A stretch of 64,000 nt of DNA from positions 44,888,001 to 44,952,000 of the forward strand of contig NC_043009.1 of assembly GCF_006345805.1 (NCBI RefSeq). The letters are read 5' to 3'. Positions 1 to 12,675 of this stretch are shown piece after piece. The stretch is from Octopus sinensis. Its lineage: Eukaryota. The notes beneath the pieces are model-generated. The model did not search any database, was not told the origin of the DNA, and saw nothing but the letters and a program-made list of their open reading frames with translations. Each line of letters starts with the position of its first letter. Position 1 is the first letter of the stretch. The position numbers and the translations under genes are program-made.

Positions 1-160
1 TTTAAAATGAGCAATATGAAAATCTTCCACCAAAATTTCGCATTAATTTATATTCTAAACAGCAGCTTAATAATGACGAAGATATTTTACAAAATTCTTC
101 ATTATTTTCAGACTTAATTGAAACAAAAGCAGTGTTATTTCAAATAGAAATATGGTAACA
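1..160 (+). mobile_element. 3' part of a piggyBac-like MITE family (related copy at 34545-34712)
   Basis: Shares ttaattgaaacaaa..gtg.tatttcaa.agaaatatgg(t/c)aacaa with 34655-34712 and 2480-2520. Confidence 0.35.
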
Positions 161-675
161 ACAACTTCAAAAGAACTTTAATCTTTCCATCTTTTTCGTC
201 TTTTTATGTTCCTGGTTTAGAATTCCAACAAAACCAAAACAATCTAAATAATTTGAGCTCATTTCATGTGGCAGGGTATCTGTGTGTGTGTGTGCGTGTG
301 CATGTGTGTGCGTGTGTGTATGTGTGCATGTGTGTGTGTGTGTGTGTGCGTGTGTGTGTATGGCTTCATAAATATTCCAGCAAACATTGCATTTCTTAAC
401 AGCCCTTAGAATAAAATCTAAAACACAGCCACAATCAACATTATCATCTGCACCTCCACCATCATCATCATCATCATCATCATCATAACAACCTCATAAT
501 CACTGGTTTCACATCCATATTGCACCATAGTGGCACAGTTTGTCCTCATCTGAAACCCAACAGTTTCCCCACATACCTCAACCCCCCAATATTCATGGCT
601 CTGTTGATGAACACTGCGGAGTTTCTCACTACACAAGATCTGCTTGCATAGCAAATATTTACAATTTGCACTAAG

Positions 676-896
676 CTACAAATACTGGTTTCAAATTTTG
701 GCACAAGGCCAGCAATTTCGGGGCAGGAAGTAAGTCAATTACATCAACCCCAGTGCTTAACTGGTACTTATTGTTTTGACCCCAAAAGGATGAAAGGCAA
801 AGTGGACCTCGGTGGAATTTGGACTCAGAACGTGAACATGAATGAAATGCCACTAAGCATTTTGCCCGGCATGCTAACAATTCTGCCAGCTCACTG
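676..896 (-). mobile_element. tRNA-derived SINE, family 1
   Basis: Minus strand reads gcagaattgttagcatgccgggcaaaatgcttag..gttctgagtccaaattcc (B-box-like), then ctttgcctttcatccttttggggtc..aataagtaccag; more than 10 related copies in the window. Confidence 0.8.
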
Positions 897-1079
897 CTAA
901 GCTACAATAATGGCATCACTATTGGCAGCTAATCCACAAACAGTGATCCTGCTCCAACTGGTGAGGTTTGGATCCAATGAAGTTTAGGAGTTTAGTATGA
1001 AGGGCACGGTTCGTATGATGGTTGACACTCACAACCATTATGTGATGTCAGAACAAAGACATACATACATGTACAACAC

Positions 1080-1222
1080 GCTTCTTTCAGTTTCCCCTCA
1101 ACCAAATCTACTCACTAGGCTTTGGCCCAAGATTATTGTAGAAGACATCTACCCAAGGTGTCACACAGTGGGACTGAACCTGAAACCATGCACTAAGGGA
1201 ACAGACTACTCAATCACACAGC
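1080..1222 (-). mobile_element. tRNA-derived SINE, family 2 (head only)
   Basis: Matches the family 2 head seen full length at 27670-28031 (ggttcagtcccactg.gtg.caccttggg..gatgtcttctac). Confidence 0.7.
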
Positions 1223-1267
1223 CATTCTTACATATCTTCATCGTTATTCAGTATCCGTTTTCCTCAC

Positions 1268-1392
1268 TGGCATAGATTAGATGGTTTGACTGGAACCAGT
1301 AAGCAGGAGAGCTGTACCAGGCTCCAGTGTGGTTTGGCTTGCTTTCTACAGATGGATGCCCTTCCTAATGCCAACCACTCCAAGAGTGTAGT
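1268..1392 (-). mobile_element. RTE LINE 3'-UTR fragment
   Basis: tttctacagatggatgcccttcctaatgccaaccactcc matches the 3' UTR of the LINE at 6638-8406. Confidence 0.7.
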
Positions 1393-1858
1393 ATATAACT
1401 GTATTTACAGATGTTAGCTATACTACAAGCTGTTTATACATTTGGAGCCAAAACTTTAAATCTACCTAGAATCTAATTCTTAATATAAACCACATAGCTC
1501 TAAAGTAAACAAAGGGTATTATTTTCAATTAGATTTCACAAAAATCCTAAAGATCACAACACAACAGCTTTTAGAATGGTTTCAATCCATAACCTCTTGG
1601 TCAATGACACAAAACTAATTAACAACACAGCTTAAGTCAATGTTGAGGAAGAAAAAGTTTATTGAATATCAAAAGGAGAATACTGAATGCATCTGAAGAA
1701 ACTGCACACAACTGGAACAATTCCAGACCAAAGATGAAAAGTAAATTTTCTAAATTCAGCTTCCAATATGGCAGATATATATAATAATTTTTAGTCGAGG
1801 GTAGAGGTGATTCCCACAAGGAATATATTATTGCTGTTGTACAGTTGTTATTTAATAC

Positions 1859-1910
1859 CTTTTCTCTTGCACAATCTCAAATGCAGCCAAATATGCACAA
1901 TTTAAGAAGT
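1859..1910 (-). CDS. Candidate 52-nt internal coding exon of an unidentified host gene, (D)FLNCAYLAAFEIVQEK
   Basis: Minus-strand acceptor ttatgtttccaaag, donor AG|gtatta, one open protein-like frame in non-repeat DNA; no homology recognised. Confidence 0.2.
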
Positions 1911-2365
1911 CTTTGGAAACATAAATATATGTTTAGTAAGATTAAATCTAATCTCAGATAAACTCTATGGAATATGACTGTATTAGCTGGAGGTAGCGTT
2001 CATTCATGTTTTATAGCAAGATGTGTAGGTTATCACATAGATTCACTGAAAGCTGAATAAAACCATAAAAAGTTACATAACTTCAAATCTAGACTGCCAT
2101 AGGATGCTGCTCTTGTTAAGCTACTCTTATACAAACTTGGATGCCAAAAACATTTTTCTCTACAGCTATAACCACCATCATCATTGTTTTTTTCACACCT
2201 GCATTTTTCATGTTGGCATGGATTAGATGAAGACTTTTTGAAGCAGTGTTGTCACCAACCCTAGCTTATTTATCAATCAAATGATTTATTTATTCCAGTG
2301 GTTTTCAAAATTCAAAACTGTTGAGCTACAGGAGATGTATAAATGGCATCAGTGTTTTTATTCAA

Positions 2366-2945
2366 ATGAGAAGACAAACAGAAAGTAAATATTCATACAC
2401 ACACACACATGCACACACAGATGCACATACATAAATCTATGTAATTCACTTAATACTTCATTATTTACTAAATCAACCAAAGCAAAGAGTGTTATTTCAA
2501 CAGAAATATGGCAACAAAAGGATTAAGTTGGTAGTTCATGGCTGGCCGAAGCACCATCTGATCATGGCCATTGCCAGCCTCGTCTGGCACCTGTGCCAGT
2601 GGCACATAAAAAGCACCCACTACACTCACGGAGTGGTTGGCGTTAGGAAGGGCATCCAGCAGTAGAAACAATGTCAGATCAGACTGGGCCTGGTGCAGCC
2701 TTCTGGCTTCCCAGATCCCAGTTGAACCGTCCAACCCATGCTAGCATGGAAAGCGGACGCTAAATGATGATGATGATGATGAGAAGACAAACAGAAAGTA
2801 AATATTCATACACACACAGATGCACATACATAAATCTATGTAATTCACTTAATACTTCATTATTTACAAAATCAACCAAAGCAAAGAGTGTTATTTCAAC
2901 AGAATCATGGCAACAAAAGGATTATGTTGGTAGTTCATGGCTGGC
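2366..2945. repeat. Direct duplication (2366-2546 and 2779-2945) flanking a LINE fragment
   Basis: Both copies run atgagaagacaaacag...gtagttcatggctggc and differ mainly in the length of an internal (CA)n. Confidence 0.9.
2547..2781 (+). mobile_element. 5'-truncated RTE LINE 3' end with (TGA)n tail
   Basis: Matches the reverse complement of 6638-6830; ends ...gcggacgctaaatgatgatgatgatgatg. Confidence 0.85.
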
Positions 2946-3499
2946 TAAATACTTAAAGTATTGGACTAAATTTTTCACAATATTATATCAGGATGGTAAG
3001 TTGGCAAAATAAATTGATCTTTGGACAAAATGCGTTGCAGTGTTTAGTTATGACTTTTATGTTCTAAGTTCAGATGTTGCCAAATTCACCTTTCCAGGGT
3101 CAATAAAATAAAGTACCAGTAAAGGTACTGGTGGAGTGGGGCAGGGGTATAATTAACTTGACCTTCCCTCATAAATTCCAGGCCTTGTGTCTCTCTGTTG
3201 GGAATAATTTTTAAGCTGTTATTTCAAATGAAATTAAAAGATTCATATTTAAAATTATAAAAGTTTTAATTTGAATACAAGCACTTTAAAATTATTTGTT
3301 TTATATTATGAAACCAGGGGTTGTGGTCTTAGTTGGATTGTCACTCAATGGCCAAGTCACTTCACATCTTAAATAGATACTATGTGAAGGTACAGCTCAC
3401 TATTATGGGGAAAAGAGAGACAGCAAATTAATGAATATTTTGGTATCTTGTGATGCTATTATAATTTCATTTACATCCAAACATATTGTAGGATTCATC

Positions 3500-3790
3500 A
3501 TCATTTAACATCTATTTTCCATGCTGGCATGGGTTGGATGGTTTGACATGGAGCTGGCCAGCCAGGGAGCTGGCTAGGAGGGAGCTGGCCAGTCAGGGAG
3601 GTGGCCAGTCAGGGAGCTGGTCAGGTTCCAATTGTCTGTTGTGGCATGGTTTCTACAAACAGATGCCCTACCTAATGCCAACCACTTTATAGAATATGCT
3701 GGGTGCTTCAAACATGCCACCAACATAGGTACATTTATGCAGCACAGGCATAAGTGCATTTTATGTGGAACCAGCACTGTAAAGGACAAG
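3500..3790 (-). mobile_element. RTE LINE 3'-end fragment
   Basis: catcatcatttaacatc..ttccatgctggcatgggttggat.. and gatgccctacctaatgccaaccac. Confidence 0.7.
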
Positions 3791-4089
3791 CTTGTATATA
3801 TGGATGACAGCAACTCTCCCCACTCACACACTGGAAGGACGAAAGACAAAGCTGACCTCAGTAAGATTTGAACTTTTTAGCTCAATGATACAATGTGCTG
3901 CCTGTTCCAGGAACTGAACCCATGATAGCAAGATTGTGAACCTAACACCTTACCCACTATGCTATGTGCCTTTATTCTCCAAACAATAATAAAAGATAAT
4001 AATAGTTATTGTTGTTAAATCCAGGTCAGCCATGATCCAGCCGACCTATGATCAAAGGCATTCCAGCCTTGACCATCCTATCAGCTTTA

Positions 4090-4380
4090 TTCAAATTGCA
4101 TCTAGAACTGCATTATCTGCAGTTGGAGTGGAGTTGTTTGGTGGTTCAGATATAATATTGGTGTAAAGGTCTGGTGTTGATAGAGCCATAACTATAAGTG
4201 GTAGTAAGAGGAGAAAAGTAAGAGAAGCGGTTAGAGTTTGAGGAGTGAGGAAGGGGTGGGACCAACAGAATGCTCTCTCATGATTTGATGTAGTAGTGAT
4301 GGAAGTTATCAACCGAGGCAGGAAGTGCAGATGGAAGCTGCGATGGTGTTAAGCGGTGCAGGAGTGGTCCATTGACTATA
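4090..4380 (-). mobile_element. Degenerate CR1/L2-like LINE remnant
   Basis: Weak resemblance to the conserved C-terminal ORF2 block (QTL.HRR..ASL..FY.YY.G) across frameshifts. Confidence 0.3.
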
Positions 4381-4489
4381 ATGATGATTGTTGTTATTAT
4401 TGCTGTTGTTGTTGTTGTTGTTGTTAATGCCTGTTGACCTTTGCATATTTCAACTCTGACATAACCTAATTTACTCTAAGATTTCTTTT

Positions 4490-4812
4490 ATCGTTTACTT
4501 GTTTCATTCATCAAACTTTTTTTTAAGCCTGGTACTTATTCTATCAGTCTCTTTTGTTGCACCTCTAAGTTATGGGGGGGTATGTACACCAACACCAGTT
4601 GTCAAGCGGTGATGGGGGACAAACACAGACACACACACATAACTATATGTATATATATATATATATATATATAAGACAGGCTTCTTTCAGTTTCCATTTA
4701 CCAAATCCACTCACAAGGCTTTGGTTGGCCTGAGGTTACAGTAGAAGACACTTGCCCAAGGTACCATACAGTGAGACTGAACCTGGAACCATGTGATTAA
4801 GCAGCAAGCTTA
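4490..4812 (-). mobile_element. SINE family 2
   Basis: Reverse-complement match to 27670-28031 with a central (CA)/(TA) tract. Confidence 0.8.
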
Positions 4813-5817
4813 CTGCATTTTGTCTGCAGAAAATAAAGAAATAACAGTAATAACATTTAATAAATGTTGCTTACAGCAAGTTATGGATGATTCTTTTATG
4901 ACTTCATTGCTTTCAGGCTTAGCTTAAGGTATTTTCGCACCCAACATCACAAAATGCGTCTGAATAAACATTGCCGGACAGCAAATATAGGCTCGAGCAT
5001 TACTTAGAAAATAATTTTCATTTTTAACCTCGTATATAGTATGCACTAGGGATTTTGACCTTTAAATTTTAGGAAAAAAATGCAGATTATACTCGAAGAT
5101 TTACGGTACTTACAATTACTTACGGTCTTAGTTCAAATCCTGCTGAGGAAAACTTTGCCTTTCTAATTAAAATAATGAACTAGTTATTATATTTTAATAA
5201 GCTAGTGAGCTCATTAACAAATAAGTGACAAAAGCAGTATTAATACGAAATGGCAATCATGATCTCCAACTGAACATGGATGTTGTATTAGAACACAGAA
5301 TACAGCATTATTTACCTCAAAAGGACCTCTCATATAAACTTATGGTGCACAAAAGTACTCTTGCTTTAAAACTGTCTTTATATAACAAATGATAATTCTT
5401 CCATGTAGTAAGATAAATAGATGGCTATTTCAATTTGATACAATTTCAGTTATATAAATAAAATTTTTCCTATAAAGGATCCTGCCAGTAATATTAATTA
5501 TTTCTTCTGTGGTATACACCTCCCTGATGTTTATTTTTATACTTCCAGTAACAGGCAGAATGACTCTTGAGGTGATCAATCAACCCACAAGAAATAGCAG
5601 CCAAATCTTTCTTAATTTACACTCTTCCAAGTATGAAAAAAAAAAAAAAGAAAAAGGCACAGTGGGTAATGTAGGCCTACATATATTGCATTAGAAAGGA
5701 AATGACTGGATAGTCATGGTTGGAAGCAGATGTTTTGGTTAACCAGGACCAACTTAGGGTTAAAACAACAAGAACAGCAACAGTTTAATAAATTCCATCA
5801 AACAGAAGTAAATTCCA

Positions 5818-6037
5818 TTTTGGGATTTGGTTTGCAAGATTCTTTATATGAGTTCGTGTGTTGAAGCATATTCTGTTGTGTGTGGGGAGAGTCATTTTCT
5901 TTTTGTGCCTTATAATATAACACACTCACCAGTAAAATTTAGAAAAATAAAAATAAGAAAAAAGTGGAAATTTTACCAGTGAGTGTGTTATATTATAAGG
6001 CACAAAAAGAAAATGACTCTCCCCAGACACAACAGAA
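5818..6037. mobile_element. Fold-back insertion, PLE terminal-repeat family B (no ribozyme core retained)
   Basis: About 70-bp inverted arms at 5870-5940 and 5968-6037; same sequence as 22647-22935 and 48560-48655. Confidence 0.75.
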
Positions 6038-6637
6038 ATAAAGTCCATCAAATGGAAATGGAATTATAAGATCTCAGAAGAATCTTTACAGTAGATGTTG
6101 TCCTTGCAATCAAGTCGCAGACTCTGTCAGAGATTACATTATTTCTTCAACAACTTTTAGTTGTAAGCAAAGAGAGAAATCTGGATTGCAGACTGTAATT
6201 GCAGCTACACCCACCTGTGCTCTTTAACAATGTAACAATATCGGAAACAAGGCAGTTTACAATAGCAAGTTGCTCATTCCTAAAGCAAATATTCTGAATT
6301 CACGTTGACTATGAACAGAACTGAAAGCCATGGTAATGCTGAAGATGCTACTAGCAGAAATTCTCCGACAGAGAGCATGAATAAGAGGAACAAATTGAAA
6401 AGGAAAAAATAGAATTTAATATTGCAAAATAAATATCTTTTTTTAAATTTATTTAAATGCTTTTGAGGGTTTATTTTCATAAACAGTTTCCACAGAAATA
6501 ATTAAGGAATATTTTGAAGTGTTCAATTCTTAAAAGTAATGAAATGTGAATCCCTGGTGGCTACACACACACATGCATACAAAAACACACCTGTATATAC
6601 ATATATGTACATATATAATATATATATATATATATAT

Positions 6638-8402
6638 CATCATCATCATCATCATTTAGCGTCCGTTTTCCATGCTAGCATGGGTTGGACGGTTCTACTG
6701 GGGTCTGTGAAGCCAGAAGGCTTCATCAGGCCCAGTCAAATCTGGCAGTGTTTCTACGGCTGGATGCCCTTCCTAACGCCAACCACTCCGTGAGTGTAGT
6801 GGGTGCTTTTTACGTGCCACCCGCACTGGTGCCAGACAGAGCTGGCAAACGGCCACGAACGGATGGTGCTTTTTATGTGCCACCGGCACGAGGGCCAGGC
6901 GAGGCTGGCAACGGACACGAAACGGGGCGGTGCTGGCAACGGTCGCGAAACGGAAAGTTCTCTTACATGCCACCGGCACTGGTAACACATCTGCAATTTC
7001 CATTGATCGATTTCCATTGATCGATTTCGATTCTGATCCTCACTTGCCTCAATGGGTCTTCACAAGCAGAGTTTCGACATGCCACCGGCACTGGTAGCAC
7101 ATCCGCAATTTCCATTGATCGATTTCGATTCTGATCCTCACTTGCCTCAACACGTCTTCACAAGTAGAGTTTTGTGTCCCAAGAAGGGAAGGTATGCATA
7201 CGTAGGCTGGCTCCATCCCATGTAGAAGGCCATGGGTTGTGGACTCACTTGTCCTGCCGGGTCTTCTCGCGCACAGCACACTTCCAGAGGTCTCGGTCTC
7301 TAGTCATTTCCTCAGTGAGACCTAAAGTTCGAAGGTCGTGCTTCACCACCTCGTCCCAGGTTTTCCTGGGTCTGCCTCTTCCACAGGTTCCCTCAACCGC
7401 TAGGGTGTGGCACTTTTTCACACAACTATCTTCATCCATTCTCGCCACATGACCATACCAGCGCAAACGTCTCTCTTGCACACCACAACTGATGCTTCTT
7501 AGGTCCAGCTTTTCTCTCAAGGTACTTACACTCTGCCGAGTGTGAGTACCGGCATTACACATCCATCGGAGCATACTGGCTTCATTTCTAGCGAGCTTAC
7601 GCATATCCTCAGCAGTCACGGCCCATGTTTCACTGCCATGTAGCATGGCTGTTCGTACACACGCATCATACAGTCTGCCTTTCACTCTGTGCGAGAGGCC
7701 TTTTGTCACCAGCAGAGGTAAGAGCTCTCTGAACTTTGCCCAAGCTATTCTTACTCTAGCAGTTACACTTTCAGCACACCCGCCCCCGCTGCTGACTTGG
7801 TCACCTAGGTAACGGAAACTATCAACTATTTCTAGTTTTTCTCCCTGGAAAGTGACGGAAGTTGGTCTCAGAGCATTTTCAGTGTTTATTGTTCCTGAGC
7901 ATCTGCCACATACAAAAACCATCTTCCTAGTTAGCCTTCCTTTGACATTGCTGCATCTCTTATGTGTCCATAGCTTACACTTGGTGCATCTTATAGAGTT
8001 TCTACCTACACCTTTTCTACAGATCGAGCAGGGCCATCTACCTGAAGGTGTTTGTGATTTGTCTACCTTCCTACTGATTACGACTTTGGTTTTAGCTAGA
8101 TTGACTCTGAGGCCCTTCGATTCTAATCCTTGTTTCCACACCTGAAACTTCTCCTCCAGTTCTGATAGCGACTCAGCAATTAGAGCAAGGTCATCAGCAT
8201 AGAGGAGCTCCCAAGGGCATCCTGTCTTGAATTCCTCCGTTATTGCCTGGAGGACTAAGATAAATAGGAGGGGGCTGAGTACTGAGCCTTGGTGGACCCC
8301 TACCTCTACCCGGAATTCTTCACTGTACTCATTTCCAACCCTCACCCTACTAGCGGCGTCCCTATACATGGCCCGCACAGCTCTCACTAACCATTCATCT
8401 AT

Positions 8403-8406
<4 letters not shown>
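6638..8406 (-). mobile_element. Young 5'-truncated RTE-clade LINE inserted in (TA)n
   Basis: RT motifs QGSVLSPLLF and YADD, RTE C-terminal LRWYGHV and RGRPRKTW, about 600-bp 3' UTR, (TGA)n tail; (TA)n on both flanks. Confidence 0.97.
7245..8406 (-). CDS. RTE LINE ORF 3' portion (RT + PHD-like finger + thumb/C-terminus), about 387 uninterrupted codons
   Basis: ORF track 7245..8564; the part above 8406 is microsatellite read-through. YADD at 8190-8201, C4HC3 finger at 7899-8030. Confidence 0.95.
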
Positions 8407-8463
<57 letters not shown>

Positions 8464-8729
8464 TATATATATATATATGTGTATGTGTGTGTGTAAATGA
8501 GCTTAAAGGTATATATTGTCCTGGCAGTAACTGTGTTTCTTCTCAAACTGATTTCAAATGCCAATTAACCACAACAGTCCTTATATGGTATCCAAGCAAA
8601 CAATAAGTTGTTAGGTTCTGGTAACTTATCTGGCTGGGTAAATCTGAGTTTCCTGTTCAAGACTGCATATGTTCCATAGAGTATATATGTCTGTGTGTGT
8701 GTATAACCAGAAATGGTTTGACAAAAGTA

Positions 8730-9100
8730 CTCTTTTACTTGTATCAGTCATTTGACTGTGGCCATGCTGGAGCACCGCCTTTAGTCAAGCAAATCGACCC
8801 CGGGACTTATTCTTTGTAAGCCCAGTACTTATTCTATCAATTTCTTTTGCCGAACCGCTACGTGACGGGGACATAAACACACCAGCATCAGTTGTCAAGC
8901 AATGCTAGAGGGACAAACATACACACACACATATATATACATATATACAATGGGCTTCTTTGAGTTTCCATCTACCAAATCCACTCACAAGGCTTTGGTC
9001 AACCCAAGGCTATAGTAGAAGACACTTGCCCAAGGTGCCACACAATGGGACTGAACCTGGAACCATATGGTTGGCAAGCAAGCTACTTACCACACAGCCA
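8730..9100 (-). mobile_element. SINE family 2
   Basis: Full-length reverse-complement match to 27670-28031. Confidence 0.85.
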
Positions 9101-10214
9101 CTAGCATTAATTTTTTTTAGGTCATTAAAATTTTCTCAACTGATCAATAGACCAATTTGAATAAACCAATCAGTCATGTACCTATAATGACGACTGGGAA
9201 CAGCTGTAAGCCAAATTTGCCCCAATAAATGTAATCAACTTAATACCTTTGTCTGTCTTTGTTTGTCCCCTCTATGTTTAGCCCCTTGTGGGCAATAAAG
9301 AAATAAGAAATAAAACATTATGATGATGATGATGAAAGAGACAGCAGTGGTGATAGTGGTGGTGGTAGCAGTGGTGATAGTGGTGATGATGACAACAGTA
9401 GAGATGGAATGAATGTAAGGTGGAGCAGTGATAATGGTGATGAGGTGTGATAATGAATGTGATGATGATGACGATGATGATGACAACAATGACGATGAAG
9501 ATGGTAACTCGTTTACCTGAAATGGAATTGTGCTTAAACATAATCATTATCATCATTAGCATGATGATGATGATAATGATGATGATGATGATGCAATTTA
9601 TCATCACGTACATTGTAATTAATACTTTAATAACATGAGCACAGTGAAAGTAAACTAGTGTGTGTTGCTGAGTACAAGTGACAACTATACAACATGTAAT
9701 TATCAACATCATTTAACAGCCAGCTTCCATGCCAACATGAGTTGGACTGTTTTGGCAGGATCTGATGTGCTGGAGGACTATGTTATATAATCAATGTCTT
9801 TTTTTTTGCATGGGTTTTACAGCTGGGTGTCCTTCCTTATGTCATTCACTTTGCAGAGTGTACTAGGTGCTTTTTGTTTCATGGCACCAACACTTGTGAT
9901 GATCACCAGGTAACTTGCAGAAGCTGAGGGCCTAATATGACCCCCAAAACAGCAAGGGAAGCGAAGAGAGAAAGCTGTGATCCTAGGTAGCGGCATGTGG
10001 GATGATGAGAAGAGTAAAGGACGGTGGGGGGGGGGTGTAGTATGGACAGAAAGTATAAGGGAAAGGAAACAGGAAGGGAACGGTAGACTAAGGTAGATAG
10101 GGATCCTGAGAGAGAGTTATTGAAGGAAAGAAAGGTGTGGAGGTGAGGGAGGTGGTGCAAGTAGGTCCGGGGGGGGGAGATGAGAAGGAGTGTTGAGGAA
10201 GCAAAGAGGCTGTG

Positions 10215-10245
<31 letters not shown>

Positions 10246-10663
10246 CACGCGTGCGTGTGTGTGTGTATGTGTGTAGTTCAAATTTACAGAAAACAAGAGA
10301 AAAACAGGTGAGGGAACAATAAGCAGGTGTATTAGTTTGACACTCGGTAAGAATATGGATTAATCATTTTAACATCCACTTTCCATGTTTGCATGGGTTG
10401 GACAGGTCTCAAAAGATAAGAAAAGGAGGACACTGCTTGTATGACAGTGACATTAGTTTACAACCATCATGTAATATCAACACAAGGAGACAGTAACACA
10501 TATACATATATGCATATATAGTTTCAATCTACCAAATCTACTCACAAAGCTTTGGTCAGCGAAGTCAGTAGAAGACACTTGCCAAAGGTGCCACACACAC
10601 TGGGATTGAACATGGAACCATGTGGTTCGCCAGCAAACTTCTTACCAGAATACCACACACGTG

Positions 10664-10719
<56 letters not shown>

Positions 10720-11005
10720 GAATAGGAAGAGTTTAGGCTACTGGTGATCTAAACTAATAGGTATGCTGTCTGAGTGCTCTAAATTGATAAGCTAGAAGGA
10801 TCCATGTTCATAATAGGGGCTGGAATTGAGGAAACAGCTGTAAGGCATTTTTATTTACTTTTGCTTACTTCATTTCACCATTAAAATAATTTAAATAATC
10901 TGATAAGATTGTCCTACCTTTATTTTTGTTTTCCTCTTCCTTTAATTTATATTCACACACACACACACATATATGTGAAATAATTACTATGAAGCACTGT
11001 GTAGA

Positions 11006-11408
11006 ATATATTGTATAAAGGATTGTGAGTAAGGCCAAAACAGTGCGAAGTAAATGCAAGGTAAATCACAAGAAAACAAATATGTGAATTAATGTAGACT
11101 TACCTTGTATTCAATATTTTGGGGTTATGGCCCCATTTTCAAGAAATTGACGAATGTTGCTCCCTTAAAATCAAGGGAGTTACAGGAAGCAAGCTGGTTG
11201 CTATAGCAACACCCTTCTGTGCATGTCCACTCCACACACGCTCACACACATCGGCAACATTCATCAATTTCTTGAAAATGGAGTCATAACCCCGAAATAT
11301 TGAATAGAAGGTAAGCCTACATTAATTCACGTATTTATTTTCTTGTGATTTACCTTGCATTTACTTCACATTGTTTTGGCCTTACCCACGATCGTTTATA
11401 CAATATAT
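11006..11408. mobile_element. Fold-back insertion, PLE terminal-repeat family A
   Basis: About 155-bp inverted arms at 11006-11160 and 11254-11408 (roughly 85-90% identical) with a 93-bp spacer; each arm holds a hammerhead-like core. Confidence 0.8.
11269..11304 (+). ncRNA. Minimal type I hammerhead ribozyme motif, U3-A8 variant (second copy on - strand at 11110-11145)
   Basis: ttc TTGAAAA T ggagt cata acccc GAA ATAT T gaa; the two arms together give a perfect GGGGT/ACCCC stem II. Confidence 0.6.
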
Positions 11409-11745
11409 CATCATCATCGTCATTGTTTAACATCCGCTTTCCATGCTAGCATGGGTTGGATGATTTGACTGAGGACTGGCAAACCAGATGGCTGCACCAG
11501 GCTCCAATCTTGCTCTGGCAGAGTTTCTACAGCTGGATGCCTTTCCTAACGCCAACCACTCTGAGAGTATAGTAGGTGCTTTTACATGTCACCGGCACGA
11601 GGGCCAGTCAGGCAGTACTGGCAACGGCCACACCCAAATGGTGTTTTTTTTTTTACGTGCCACCTGCACACTGGCATAAGTGCCAGTAAGGCGGCACTGG
11701 TAATGATCATGCTCGAATGGTGCTTTTTACGTGCCACTGGCATGG
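11409..11745 (-). mobile_element. RTE LINE 3'-UTR fragment
   Basis: (CAT)n tail at 11409 followed by the conserved 3' UTR and its tandem gtgcc..gcac units. Confidence 0.85.
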
Positions 11746-12375
11746 AGATATATATATATATATATATATAACTGGATTTACATAAGAGAGTAAAACTTCC
11801 GGTAGCAACATACCTCACGTTCTCAATCAAAAATCTAATTAAGTGCAAAGACATGTGCAGCGTGGAAGGATTCATAAATGCCATTTCGTTTGTGAATTTT
11901 CACTGTTTAGACTATTAAACCAAGTGACATTTCGATTTTAATAACAGAAGTAGGAGAAAAAACAAACATCTGGAAGGCATTACCTTATTGCCAGCGAGAA
12001 TTAAAGACAAGAGAAATACCGAAATATCAGATTTCATGTCAATAAAATAACAAAAAAAAAAAGAAGAAAAAGAGAACAAAAAAAAAGACATGTCTTTAAG
12101 CATCATTAGTTGAATAATATATTTCATTTATGTGTCTATCTTGCCAGTACTAATCACATAATATTAATCCTTTACAAAATAATCTATGAGTTACTCTGTA
12201 TAATCCATTTGAATTTGTTTTGTTGTTGTTGTTGTTGTTGTTGACGTTGTTGTTGTTGTTATATATCCCCAGGTTAGAAATAACTGAGCAAGACCTACAA
12301 TCAAAGGTATTTCAGCCCAGCACATCTGAACTCATCTATTCAGTCTTGTATTTTCCAGGCATAGTATGTCTAGGA

Positions 12376-12675
12376 TAGTATGACAGTTCCCAAAGTGGCT
12401 AGCACTGCCTCCTTGGGGGTGATGGAAAAAAACAGGTAGTGGGGGAGGATTGAAGAAAAGTGGGGGTGATAATGGAGTGGCCAAAAGGGGTCAATGGATG
12501 TAAAAACCCAAAATAATGGGTGAATTAGGTTAAACTTTAATTGCAAAATACAGTTGTTTTGAATTTGCTGCAGAAAGTGATCTATGTCTGTGGTGGTGAG
12601 TGGAGAGGGGGAAGCATTAGGAATGTGGCCTGGGCATTAAGGGGGCGGTGAACTGAAAATGTTTGGGAACCACTA
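12376..12675. mobile_element. hAT (Charlie-like) MITE
   Basis: 8-bp TSD gtctagga at 12368-75 and 12676-83; ends tagt..gttcccaaa / tttgggaaccacta. Confidence 0.75.
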
